Positions 56,769 to 64,000 of a stretch of DNA of 64,000 nt are shown one piece after another. The notes beneath the pieces were generated by a model that saw only the letters and a list, made by a program, of their open reading frames with translations, searched no databases and was not told where the DNA came from. The translations under genes were made by a program, and so were the position numbers. Within the stretch, counting starts at the first letter, position 1. Every line of letters starts with the position of its first letter. Source of the stretch: Minisyncoccota bacterium (GTDB lineage: Bacteria > Patescibacteriota > Minisyncoccia > Phycocordibacterales > CAIJYI01); assembly GCA_023229825.1 (NCBI GenBank), contig JALNYN010000002.1, forward strand, positions 17,789-81,788, written 5' to 3'.

Positions 56769-58589
56769 TTATTTCACTCCGTGTTTTTTTCGTATTTCCT
56801 TCAATTCTTCTTCTTCCACCTCGGCTTTCTTCTCTTTCCCTTCTTCCCCTAGTTTTTTAAGCTCTTCTTCCGGGAGTTTAATGAGTTCCAGCGTGCGTTT
56901 TTCAAGATATTCTTCGGTATTTACCTTCGGATCTTCTAAAACCTCCTCGAGTAAGGCGTGAAGGATCAAGCCGAGTTTTGGTCCGGGTGTTTCATGTGTA
57001 ACCTCCATTATCCTCGTTCCGTCAATTTTAAGCATCCCCACAGACACCGGCGAGCGCATCGCCTCCTCGATCATAGCCTCATATTTACGCAAACGATAGG
57101 GTTTTTCAACCGGTCGTCCCATTCCCGTACGGTCGCAGGCGCGAATCTTCATAAGATCCCACACATTTTCAGCGCCGACATTAGCCACGATCCTTCTGAC
57201 TGCTGAAAGCGTTATTTTCTCGATATCTGAGAAAAACATGTGATATTTCACGAGAGCCGAAACCGTCTGGGTTAGTTTCACGGGAAACTTTAATCGTTCC
57301 ATTATCTTCTTTGAAACTCTGCCTCCGACAACGTCATGCCCATAAAACGTCCATTTATCCTTCTCTTGTGACCATCTGCGCGTCTCAGGTTTGGAAATGT
57401 CGTGCAATAAAGCCGCAAGCCGAATGTGGAGCGGCCATCCGTGTTTCACCGCAGTATCAAGTGCGCGCAGATTGTGCTCCCAGATCGTATAAATATGCAT
57501 GCCTTTCTGCTCAAGACCGATCCCTTTTTCCAGTTCCGGAACGATAAATCGAAGCAAATTAAGCTCATGAGCCAAGATAATACCGCTCATGGCGTTATCC
57601 GACATAAGTATTTTTATGAATTCATCACGAATTCTTTCACATGAAACACTTTTCAAACTATCCGAAAGCCGAATAATGGCCTCTTTTGTCTCCTTTTCGA
57701 TCATAAAACCAAGCTGTGCCGAGAAACGAACCGCGCGCAAAAGGCGGAGGGCATCCTCACCAAAACGTTCCTTCGGCTTCCCTACTGTTCTGATTATTTT
57801 GCTATCAATGTCATTTTGTCCTTTATAAAGGTCAACGAGCGTTCCGTCGAACGGATTATAAGCCAAAGCGTTTATGGTAAAATCTCGCCGTTTCAGGTCA
57901 TCCTCAAGTTTTTTACTAAAGATCACATGATCCGGGTGCCGGCTGTCGCTATAGTCAGATTCAGTGCGGTAAGGCGTAACCTCCACGATGACGGTTTCGT
58001 CTGAAACATAGTTGCCTGTTTCATGTGCAACATTAAGTTCCTCTTTTTCCACTTGTACTGAGTTATGCCGAAGGGTTTCATCCTCCTCCGCTGAAGCTAT
58101 GGAGGACATGTGTGTAACTTCCCCACCCGTCATTCCGGACAGGGATCCGGAATCCACGTCGTTTGTTGCCTTCCTTGAGCCATGCCGAAGGGTTTCATAT
58201 GTAACGTTATTTTCCTCTTTTCCTTCAGTTTCACGTGACACTATTTGATTGATCGCTCGCGTGGCTCGCTGGGGCGTAGGGGCCAGTCTGAGGACTGGCG
58301 TATGAAGGTCCGAGGTTTCGACACTTTCCCCTGTTTCATGTGTAACATCATCTTCTGTTTTTATCACTACGCCAACGGTTCCGTAGTCATTTTCATAAAA
58401 TGTCTTCTCAAATAACCCGATTATTTCTTCCGGTACGGCATTCGTGGTAACATCCCAATCTTTAGGGATTCTTCCCAAAATCAGATCTCGCACGCACCCT
58501 CCAACCAAATACGCCTCAAAACCGGCACCCCGCAAGGTCTCGGTTACACGTGTAACATATGACGGAATTTTCGATTTTAAGTCGTTCAT
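56769..58589 (-). CDS. cca: CCA-adding tRNA nucleotidyltransferase (HD-type) with a ~120-aa repeat-derived insertion
   Basis: YLVGGCVRD, DWDVTT, VEVTPYR, DLKRRDFTINALA, RFGEDALRLLRAVRF, ERIRDE, LLHDISKP, FYGHD. Confidence 0.9.
   Translation of the reverse strand: MNDLKSKIPSYVTRVTETLRGAGFEAYLVGGCVRDLILGRIPKDWDVTTNAVPEEIIGLFEKTFYENDYGTVGVVIKTEDDVTHETGESVETSDLHTPVLRLAPTPQRATRAINQIVSRETEGKEENNVTYETLRHGSRKATNDVDSGSLSGMTGGEVTHMSSIASAEEDETLRHNSVQVEKEELNVAHETGNYVSDETVIVEVTPYRTESDYSDSRHPDHVIFSKKLEDDLKRRDFTINALAYNPFDGTLVDLYKGQNDIDSKIIRTVGKPKERFGEDALRLLRAVRFSAQLGFMIEKETKEAIIRLSDSLKSVSCERIRDEFIKILMSDNAMSGIILAHELNLLRFIVPELEKGIGLEQKGMHIYTIWEHNLRALDTAVKHGWPLHIRLAALLHDISKPETRRWSQEKDKWTFYGHDVVGGRVSKKIMERLKFPVKLTQTVSALVKYHMFFSDIEKITLSAVRRIVANVGAENVWDLMKIRACDRTGMGRPVEKPYRLRKYEAMIEEAMRSPVSVGMLKIDGTRIMEVTHETPGPKLGLILHALLEEVLEDPKVNTEEYLEKRTLELIKLPEEELKKLGEEGKEKKAEVEEEELKEIRKKHGVK
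56988..58557. other. Cluster of parS-like palindromes inside the cca gene
   Basis: Matches to TGTTTCACGTGAAACA at 56988, 57274, 57633, 57993, 58017, 58191, 58227, 58332, 58542. Confidence 0.7.
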
Positions 58590-58672
58590 ATTTTTGTGTT
58601 CTCATTATACATTATTTTTGTTCACTTTTCCACATTGATTCTCTTGAACCAAGGAAGTATAATAAATGTAAC

Positions 58673-59347
58673 ATGAAATCCAAGGTTTCAGAAAAAATGA
58701 AAGTAATTGAGCTAAGAAAACAAGGGCTCAGTTATAAAGAAATACTAGAAATAGTTCCGGTTGCAAAAAGTTCGCTATCAGGATGGTTAACAAATCTTGA
58801 CCTAACGGATGAACAAATTTCTGCATTAAAAAAGAGGGCAGTGGATGGACGCACTCTTGGGGTATTTAATGCTGTTATTTCAAACAGAAACAGACGAATC
58901 GCTCGAGAAGCATCAATTTTTAAAATTGCAAAAATAGAATTTGAAAAGTTTAAAGATGATCCGTTTTTTGTTTTGGGGGTAAGTCTTTACTGGGCGGAAG
59001 GAACTAAAAAATTTTCTGAGTTTCAGTTTATTAATTCAGATCCGCAAATGATTAAAATTATGGTTCGTTGGATAAAAGAATATATGGGTTTCAGCAAAGA
59101 GTCTTTAAAAATAAGGTTATTTATACATCAACCATACGCAGACGAAAAATGTGAGGAATTTTGGTCTGATATTTTAGGAATTCCATCAAATACATTTTAT
59201 AAAACCATATATAAACAAACGCCGCATAATGTTAAAAAGAACCCTAAATACAAAGGTTGTTTAAGAATTGGTATCGGTAAAATCGAAAATCTGAGAAAAG
59301 TGCTTGCATGGCAACGATTATTATGTGATTATTATTCTGTAAGCTAA
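58673..59347 (+). CDS. HTH plus LAGLIDADG-like protein immediately upstream of tRNA-Arg
   Basis: LRKQGLSYKEI....VAKSSLSGW HTH; LGVSLYWAEGTK; FINSDPQMIK; paralog of 60087..60770. Confidence 0.72.
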   Translation: MKSKVSEKMKVIELRKQGLSYKEILEIVPVAKSSLSGWLTNLDLTDEQISALKKRAVDGRTLGVFNAVISNRNRRIAREASIFKIAKIEFEKFKDDPFFVLGVSLYWAEGTKKFSEFQFINSDPQMIKIMVRWIKEYMGFSKESLKIRLFIHQPYADEKCEEFWSDILGIPSNTFYKTIYKQTPHNVKKNPKYKGCLRIGIGKIENLRKVLAWQRLLCDYYSVS

Positions 59348-59356
59348 ATGAATTAC

Positions 59357-59428
59357 GTCCTCGTAGTGAAACGGATATCACGCAACGCTTCGAACGTTGT
59401 ATTCCAGGTTCGAGTCCTGGCGAGGGCA
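59357..59428 (+). tRNA. tRNA-Arg (anticodon TCG)
   Basis: GTCCTCG/CGAGGGC acceptor stem, CAACG-CT TCG AA-CGTTG anticodon arm, CCAGG TTCGAGT CCTGG T arm; CCA not encoded. Confidence 0.92.
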
Positions 59429-59670
59429 CAGTAGCGAAGCGGATGTGGCCTCGAGCAAGTGACCTGCGTCACTTGCGCCCAGGACTCGAAAGGGTTTTCG
59501 TTATTTGTGAGGATCGTAATCCGAACAAATCGGAAACCACCCGCGACGGTAGTCGAGAGTCCTGGCGAGGGCACTATTTGGTTGATCGCTCGCGCGGCTC
59601 GCTGGGGCGTAGGGAGTCGGCTGTGGGCCGACAGGTGAAAACCAATGGTTTTCATACTTTCCTTTCGTGA

Positions 59671-59994
59671 ATGAAAAAAAATAATATGGCTAAAACACTC
59701 AAAGAACTACAAGAAATAATGGTTATTCAATTGAAACGCCGTGGATTTTATCCGAAAGATGATAAAGAAGTTTTGTTACGATTAGGAGAAGAGGTTGGAG
59801 AAGTTATGGAGGCGGTTCGAGAAAATCAAAGTAAGGAGGATTTGAGTCATGAAATGGTGGATGTTTTTTGGAACCTTCTTCGTTTGGCGGAATTGAAAGA
59901 TATAGATTTGGAAAAAGCGTTTATTGAAAAATGGGAAATAAACGAAAAACGTCCGATAAACAAAGTCGTTATGGATATTTCTGAGAATAGTTAA
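59671..59994 (+). CDS. MazG-like nucleotide pyrophosphohydrolase
   Basis: LLRLGEEVGEVMEAV...EMVDV...LA...IDLEKAF.EK...NEKR. Confidence 0.82.
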   Translation: MKKNNMAKTLKELQEIMVIQLKRRGFYPKDDKEVLLRLGEEVGEVMEAVRENQSKEDLSHEMVDVFWNLLRLAELKDIDLEKAFIEKWEINEKRPINKVVMDISENS

Positions 59995-60086
59995 TTTTAA
60001 AAAATTATGGATAAGTATTATATCCACAATTTTTTATAGTAAAAACCGAAACCCCGTGATATACTAATACTATAACAAATAAAAAA

Positions 60087-60770
60087 ATGAGAAAAGATAA
60101 AGAAAAAGCGATACAATTAAGGCACGAAGGGAAGAGCTATCGAGAAATTAAGAAAGAATTGAGTGTTCCTTTGAGTACACTTTCAGAATGGCTCGCTCCA
60201 TACGATTGGTCGAAAAATATTGCGCATTCATTAGCGGAGATCGCAAAAGAAAAAAATACCATTCGCCTCCGTTCTTTAAATGGAATTCGGAATGAACACT
60301 TAAGACACGCTTATGAGGATGCACGCAGTGAGGCGGTGGAAGAATTTCAGGTTTTAAAATATCACCCATTATTTATAGCTGGAATTATGTTGTATTGGGG
60401 AGAAGGAGATAAAGTAACCAAAGGTCACGTTAAACTAACCAATACCGACACGGCAATGGTAAAAATTTATGTTAATTTTCTTTTAAGTGTTTGCCGAGTA
60501 GAAAAAGAAAAAATACGATGTTCTTTGTTGCTCTATCCGGATCTTGATGACGAAGTGTGTAAAAACAACTGGAGAAAAAATGCCGGACTCGAAAACATTC
60601 ATTTTGGCAAAAGTACGGTAATACAGGGAAGACATAAAACAAAGAGATTACAAACGGGAATTTGTATAGTAAGCGTTTCAAGTAGTTATTTTAAGGAAAA
60701 AATATTAATTTGGACAAAAATGCTTGCCGAAGAACTTATATCTCCAGATTATTATAATTTTAGGTTGTAA
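60087..60770 (+). CDS. HTH plus LAGLIDADG-like protein upstream of tRNA-Gly
   Basis: LRHEGKSYREI...L.VPLSTLSEW; AGIMLYWGEGDK; LTNTDTAMVK. Confidence 0.72.
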   Translation: MRKDKEKAIQLRHEGKSYREIKKELSVPLSTLSEWLAPYDWSKNIAHSLAEIAKEKNTIRLRSLNGIRNEHLRHAYEDARSEAVEEFQVLKYHPLFIAGIMLYWGEGDKVTKGHVKLTNTDTAMVKIYVNFLLSVCRVEKEKIRCSLLLYPDLDDEVCKNNWRKNAGLENIHFGKSTVIQGRHKTKRLQTGICIVSVSSSYFKEKILIWTKMLAEELISPDYYNFRL

Positions 60771-60829
60771 TAATTTTATTTTTAAGTATACTTAGATTTA
60801 TACAAAATACAAAATTGCAAATACTTGAC

Positions 60830-60900
60830 GCGGGTATAGTTTAGTGGTAGAATATGACATTGCCAATGTTAAGGCGCGGTTTCGATTACCGCTACCCGCA
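60830..60900 (+). tRNA. tRNA-Gly (anticodon GCC)
   Basis: GCGGGTA/TACCCGC acceptor stem, TGACA-TT GCC AA-TGTTA anticodon arm, GCGGT TTCGATT ACCGC T arm; followed by terminator aaaaccgcta-ta-tagcggtttt. Confidence 0.9.
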
Positions 60901-60983
60901 CAGTGAGAAAAAACCGCTATATAGCGGTTTTTTTGTTACGCGGGAAACTTTATTTCAGAGATCGTTTCGTGTATACTATAACT

Positions 60984-61295
60984 ATGGAAATTAAACCTGA
61001 ATTTGAATCCGCCCTTATATTGCATAACGTTCGCGAATTTGTCATGGATAAGAGAAAGTTTGACGAATGCATACCGGAAAACCTGAAAGAGGGAAGAGAG
61101 TATGGTTTTTTGGTGTCGGGACAGCGAAACTATTGGATCCTTGGAAAATTTCCGTTACACGAGAAACTGGAGGACGGAACCACATCAGAAGACCCACGCG
61201 CCATCATCAATATTTTTGAGGTAACTCACTTTATCGATAACGGACAGATATGCACGAAGGGGAAATATAAGATACTGCAGGTTGTTGGACAATAG
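60984..61295 (+). CDS. Hypothetical protein
   Basis: MEIKPEFESALIL...GQRNYW...TKGKYKI; TATACT ends 6 nt before the ATG. Confidence 0.6.
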   Translation: MEIKPEFESALILHNVREFVMDKRKFDECIPENLKEGREYGFLVSGQRNYWILGKFPLHEKLEDGTTSEDPRAIINIFEVTHFIDNGQICTKGKYKILQVVGQ

Positions 61296-61382
61296 GATTT
61301 ACGGATTTACGGATTTACGGATTTACGGATTTACGGATTTACGGATTTACGGATTTACAGATTTAAGGATTTACGATTTAAG
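61295..61382 (+). repeat. Tandem 8-mer array (GGATTTAC)x8 plus 3 degenerate units
   Basis: Eight perfect copies at 61295-61358. Confidence 0.9.
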
Positions 61383-61633
61383 AATGTGGATGGACACTCT
61401 GTCCGGCGATAGAACTGATTTTGTAGCTGATTCCGTTCGTTTTCCCTTATACTTATACTAATCCCTTATACTTTTGTGTGGATAACTCAGGGGATATGTG
61501 TATAAAAGACATTGAAATTTGTCCTTCGCAAGCATTCATCTTTTGACCGATTGTCAATAAATGTGGCTAAAAATAACAATATTTGTTTCGGTCGTCAAGG
61601 AAAAAGTCCTTCATTATGAAGGAAATAAATCGA

Positions 61634-61649
61634 CGTTTCACATGAAACG
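61634..61649. other. parS-like site within a longer palindrome
   Basis: aaatcgaCGTTTCACATGAAACGtcgattt; another site AGTTTCAGGTGAAACA at 61987 inside yraN. Confidence 0.65.
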
Positions 61650-61690
61650 TCGATTTTGTTAATTTTTCTCAAAAGGAGTATTCTTTTGAT

Positions 61691-62206
61691 ATGAAGAAAG
61701 TGAAAAAGAAGACTGAAAAACGAAAAATAGGGGATATGGGGGAGAAGATCGCCGGACGTTTTTTGCAATCCAAGGGGTTTGAAATTGTTAGTTGGAATTA
61801 CTTAAAACCATGGGGAGAAATTGATATTATCGTTCGGAAAAAACGGAAGATACATTTTATTGAAGTAAAGACAGTATCCGTTACCGGCTTTGTTTTTTTG
61901 CAAGAAACACCGAATTTTTTACACAAATGTAAAACTTTTGTGGCAGACAAAATATCTCGTCCGGAAATGGCTTATAGTATTCGAGAAGTTTCAGGTGAAA
62001 CATTATCTCTCGAAATTGACGGTTATCGTCCGGAAGATAATTTGCACCCATGGAAACTTAAACGGTTAAAACGAGCCATTCAGTCATATTTAGCCGAAAA
62101 AAGGATCTCGGAAGAAGATGACTGGCAATTTGATGCAGTGACGGTAAGGATCGACGAGGAAGGAAAGACCGCCCTCGTCGAATATCTGGAGGATATTATT
62201 CTATAG
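61691..62206 (+). CDS. YraN (UPF0102) family endonuclease-like protein with internal insertion
   Basis: GDMGEKIA..FL..KGFEIV..NY...WGEIDII...HFIEVK; K..RL.RAI..YL; WQFDAV. Confidence 0.85.
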   Translation: MKKVKKKTEKRKIGDMGEKIAGRFLQSKGFEIVSWNYLKPWGEIDIIVRKKRKIHFIEVKTVSVTGFVFLQETPNFLHKCKTFVADKISRPEMAYSIREVSGETLSLEIDGYRPEDNLHPWKLKRLKRAIQSYLAEKRISEEDDWQFDAVTVRIDEEGKTALVEYLEDIIL

Positions 62207-62247
62207 ATCTCCCAACGTTGGAAAAAGAGGGATCTTAAGATCGTGTA

Positions 62248-62646
62248 TTACCGATTGAGGTAGGTAATCGTTAATTGGAGCACGGTCGCGAAGGAAACCC
62301 AGAGGAAATAGGGAGCCTGAAGATAAGCGACCCATTTCACGTGAGGATATATGGCGATGATCGCCCAGATGAGCGTGCCGAGGACGAGGAGGATGTCAAG
62401 GGATGCGAGAAGGTTATTTTTTAGACCGAACTGAATGGGGGAGAAAGCAAGATTGAAAACAAGATTCAAAATAAAAGGAATAGCGATGGCGAACGGTAAT
62501 TCTTTGTTCCAAGCCATGATGAACACTTTCCCGAATGAAATTATGATCAGGGCATAAAGAAAGGTCCAAGCCGGCCCAAAAACCCACGAGGGCGGCGCCC
62601 ATGAAGGTTTTATTAATTGAGAATACCATGTAATTGTCTTATCCAT
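62248..62646 (-). CDS. tspO: TspO/MBR family tryptophan-rich sensory protein
   Basis: WYSQLIKPSWAPPSWVFGPAWTFLY, NLAFSPIQFG, PYFLWVSFATVL. Confidence 0.88.
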   Translation of the reverse strand: MDKTITWYSQLIKPSWAPPSWVFGPAWTFLYALIIISFGKVFIMAWNKELPFAIAIPFILNLVFNLAFSPIQFGLKNNLLASLDILLVLGTLIWAIIAIYPHVKWVAYLQAPYFLWVSFATVLQLTITYLNR

Positions 62647-62720
62647 AGCTTTACTATAACATAGTAGCTTCATACTGTGAATTTTCTCTTTACTTTTTAC
62701 ACATTAGTGCTATACTGTAA

Positions 62721-62837
62721 GTGTACGGCGGGGACGCGAACAGAAGAGGGGATGTCACAGGACGAAGGGTCTCCCGCCACGAAAGCAACCTGAAAAGGGT
62801 TTCTAGCGCGGTTCCTGAACTTGCGTCCGCCGTACAC
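62721..62837 (+). ncRNA. Probable 6S RNA (or another rod-shaped small RNA)
   Basis: Own TGcTATACT promoter immediately upstream; ends pair (gtgtacggcgg / ccgccgtacac; gacgcga / ttgcgtc); CCTGAAC near the 3' end; followed by hairpin and T-tract. Confidence 0.55.
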
Positions 62838-62911
62838 AAAAGAGCATCCCTTAGGGTGTTTTTTTGTTCCTTTTATGGTAGGATTAAGCGAAAGTCGAAA
62901 AAAGTTAAAAG

Positions 62912-63356
62912 TACCGGTAGTATCCTGCTTCGCCAGAGGCTACGCAGGACGCGGCGTCTGCTTTGGGGTCGAATGTATAATTGTTTCTTTAAGCTCTTCT
63001 ATAAAATAATAACTACAGTGTCGGGGCGTAGTATACCGGTAGTACGTCTGCTTTGGGGTTCGTTTTTATTGTCGGGGTGTAGTATACCGGTAGTACGTCT
63101 GCTTTGGGAGCAGATAGACCGAGTTCGATTCTCGGCACCCCGACAATAAAAAAGAACCGGAAACATCCTAAATGTTTCCGCGGCCCGAAGGGAGATAGAC
63201 CGAGTTCGATTCTCGGCGCCCCGACACTGTAGTTATTTTTAGATCAGAGGAGCTTAAAGAAACAATTATATATTTGACCGGAAGTGTCTAAACACTTCCG
63301 TGGCCCGAAGGGAGATAGACCGAGTTCTCCGCCAGCTGGCGGATCGGGGCCCCGAC
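62912..63356 (+). repeat. Partial tRNA-Pro copies nested around the intact gene
   Basis: 5' halves at about 62912-62969 and 63022-63058; 3' halves at about 63190-63224 and 63310-63356. Confidence 0.8.
63073..63143 (+). tRNA. tRNA-Pro (anticodon TGG)
   Basis: CGGGGTG/CACCCCG acceptor stem, TCTGC-TT TGG GA-GCAGA anticodon arm, CCGAG TTCGATT CTCGG T arm. Confidence 0.92.
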
Positions 63357-63535
63357 AATCTGATTGATTGCGAGCGCGGCTCGCTGGGGCGTAGGAGTCA
63401 GTCTGCTGACTGACGGGAAAAACCTGCGGGTTTTTCGAAAAAAACGTGAAATAAAAATATATGAGTAACGAAACAAGTAAAAATCATCTTTTGTAAGAAA
63501 TTACGATCTTGTTCGTCTTTACAGGTGTACAACCC

Positions 63536-64000
63536 ATGCAAGAAAAGGAAAATCAGTTTTTGGTAAGTTATGATGCGCATGCGGACGCGCTCTTTCGGTT
63601 TGCCTATTTTCAGGTGTCGGACAGGGAAGCGGCGAACGATATTGTGCAGGATGTTTTTATGGAGACATGGAAATACCTTTCAGAAGGAGGAGAAATAGAG
63701 AATTTTCGGGCTTTTCTGTATCGCGTTGCACGAAATCGAATCATCGATCATTATCGAAAACATAGATCTCAGTCGCTTGATGCCATTCAAGAAAGCGGAA
63801 TGGATTTTTCAGACGAGCGAAGCAGAGAAGTATCGGAAGCCCGGTCGGAAGCGATGCATATACTCCGACTCCTTGATCGCGTCGATAAAAAATATCGGGA
63901 ACCGGTATTACTCAGGTATATGGAAGGAATGGGGGTGAAAGAGATCGCACAAATTTTGGATGAGTCCGAAAGTAACACGTCGGTTTTGATCCATCGCGGG
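63536..64000 (+). CDS. ECF sigma-70 factor (partial, runs off the window)
   Basis: Manual translation MQEKENQFLVSYDAHADALFRFAYFQVSDREAANDIVQDVFMETWKYL...FRAFLYRVARNRIIDHYRK...EGMGVKEIAQIL. Confidence 0.88.
   Translation, partial: MQEKENQFLVSYDAHADALFRFAYFQVSDREAANDIVQDVFMETWKYLSEGGEIENFRAFLYRVARNRIIDHYRKHRSQSLDAIQESGMDFSDERSREVSEARSEAMHILRLLDRVDKKYREPVLLRYMEGMGVKEIAQILDESESNTSVLIHRG

Noticed and set aside
59353-59670. ORFs overlapping tRNA-Arg and its trailer (also 62721..63149 and 63288..63476)
   Set aside because: They are translations of tRNA, ncRNA and repeat sequence
61295-61382. Tandem GGATTTAC array as CRISPR or iterons
   Set aside because: 8-nt units with no spacers and no cas or rep gene; it matches one arm of the periodic hairpin at 12635
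62721-62837. RNase P RNA, tmRNA or SRP RNA
   Set aside because: Too short for RNase P RNA or tmRNA and lacks their hallmark motifs; no clear SRP GGAA tetraloop domain

Overview
A 64-kb window from a Patescibacteria/CPR genome (most likely Parcubacteria, inferred from gene content) spanning the replication origin: dciA-like, dnaN, oriC, dnaA, rpmH, rnpA, yidD, yidC. Left of the origin lies a giant secreted SpvB/FG-GAP/YD-Rhs protein with a candidate immunity gene. Right of it is a ~15-kb chromosomal type IV secretion-like operon (VirB4, PrgI, VirB6-like, four-helix-bundle genes) ending in three VirB2/TrbC-like pilins fused to different C-terminal domains (lytic transglycosylase, M15-type peptidase, Cys-rich repeats). 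Further right are rsmA, a REP-associated tyrosine transposase with its REPs, an intein-containing pcrA, a LysM/M23 peptidase, an accessory patch (Fic, HTH-HATPase/STAS, two frameshifted genes), comM, dksA-like, pnp, xth, a CCA-adding enzyme gene loaded with parS-like sites, three tRNAs, a probable 6S RNA and a partial ECF sigma factor. The most striking unexplained patterns are: (i) modular pilin-cell-wall-hydrolase fusions with a paired partner gene; (ii) many intergenic hairpins built from 6-9-nt periodic repeats, two of which enclose four-helix-bundle genes; (iii) tRNA-mimic and nested tRNA-half elements, with HTH-LAGLIDADG-like genes placed just upstream of tRNAs; (iv) several palindromic micro-elements inserted in frame into housekeeping genes; (v) an intein carrying a GIY-YIG-like domain. 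All calls come from reading the sequence and recognising motifs; no database searches were run.
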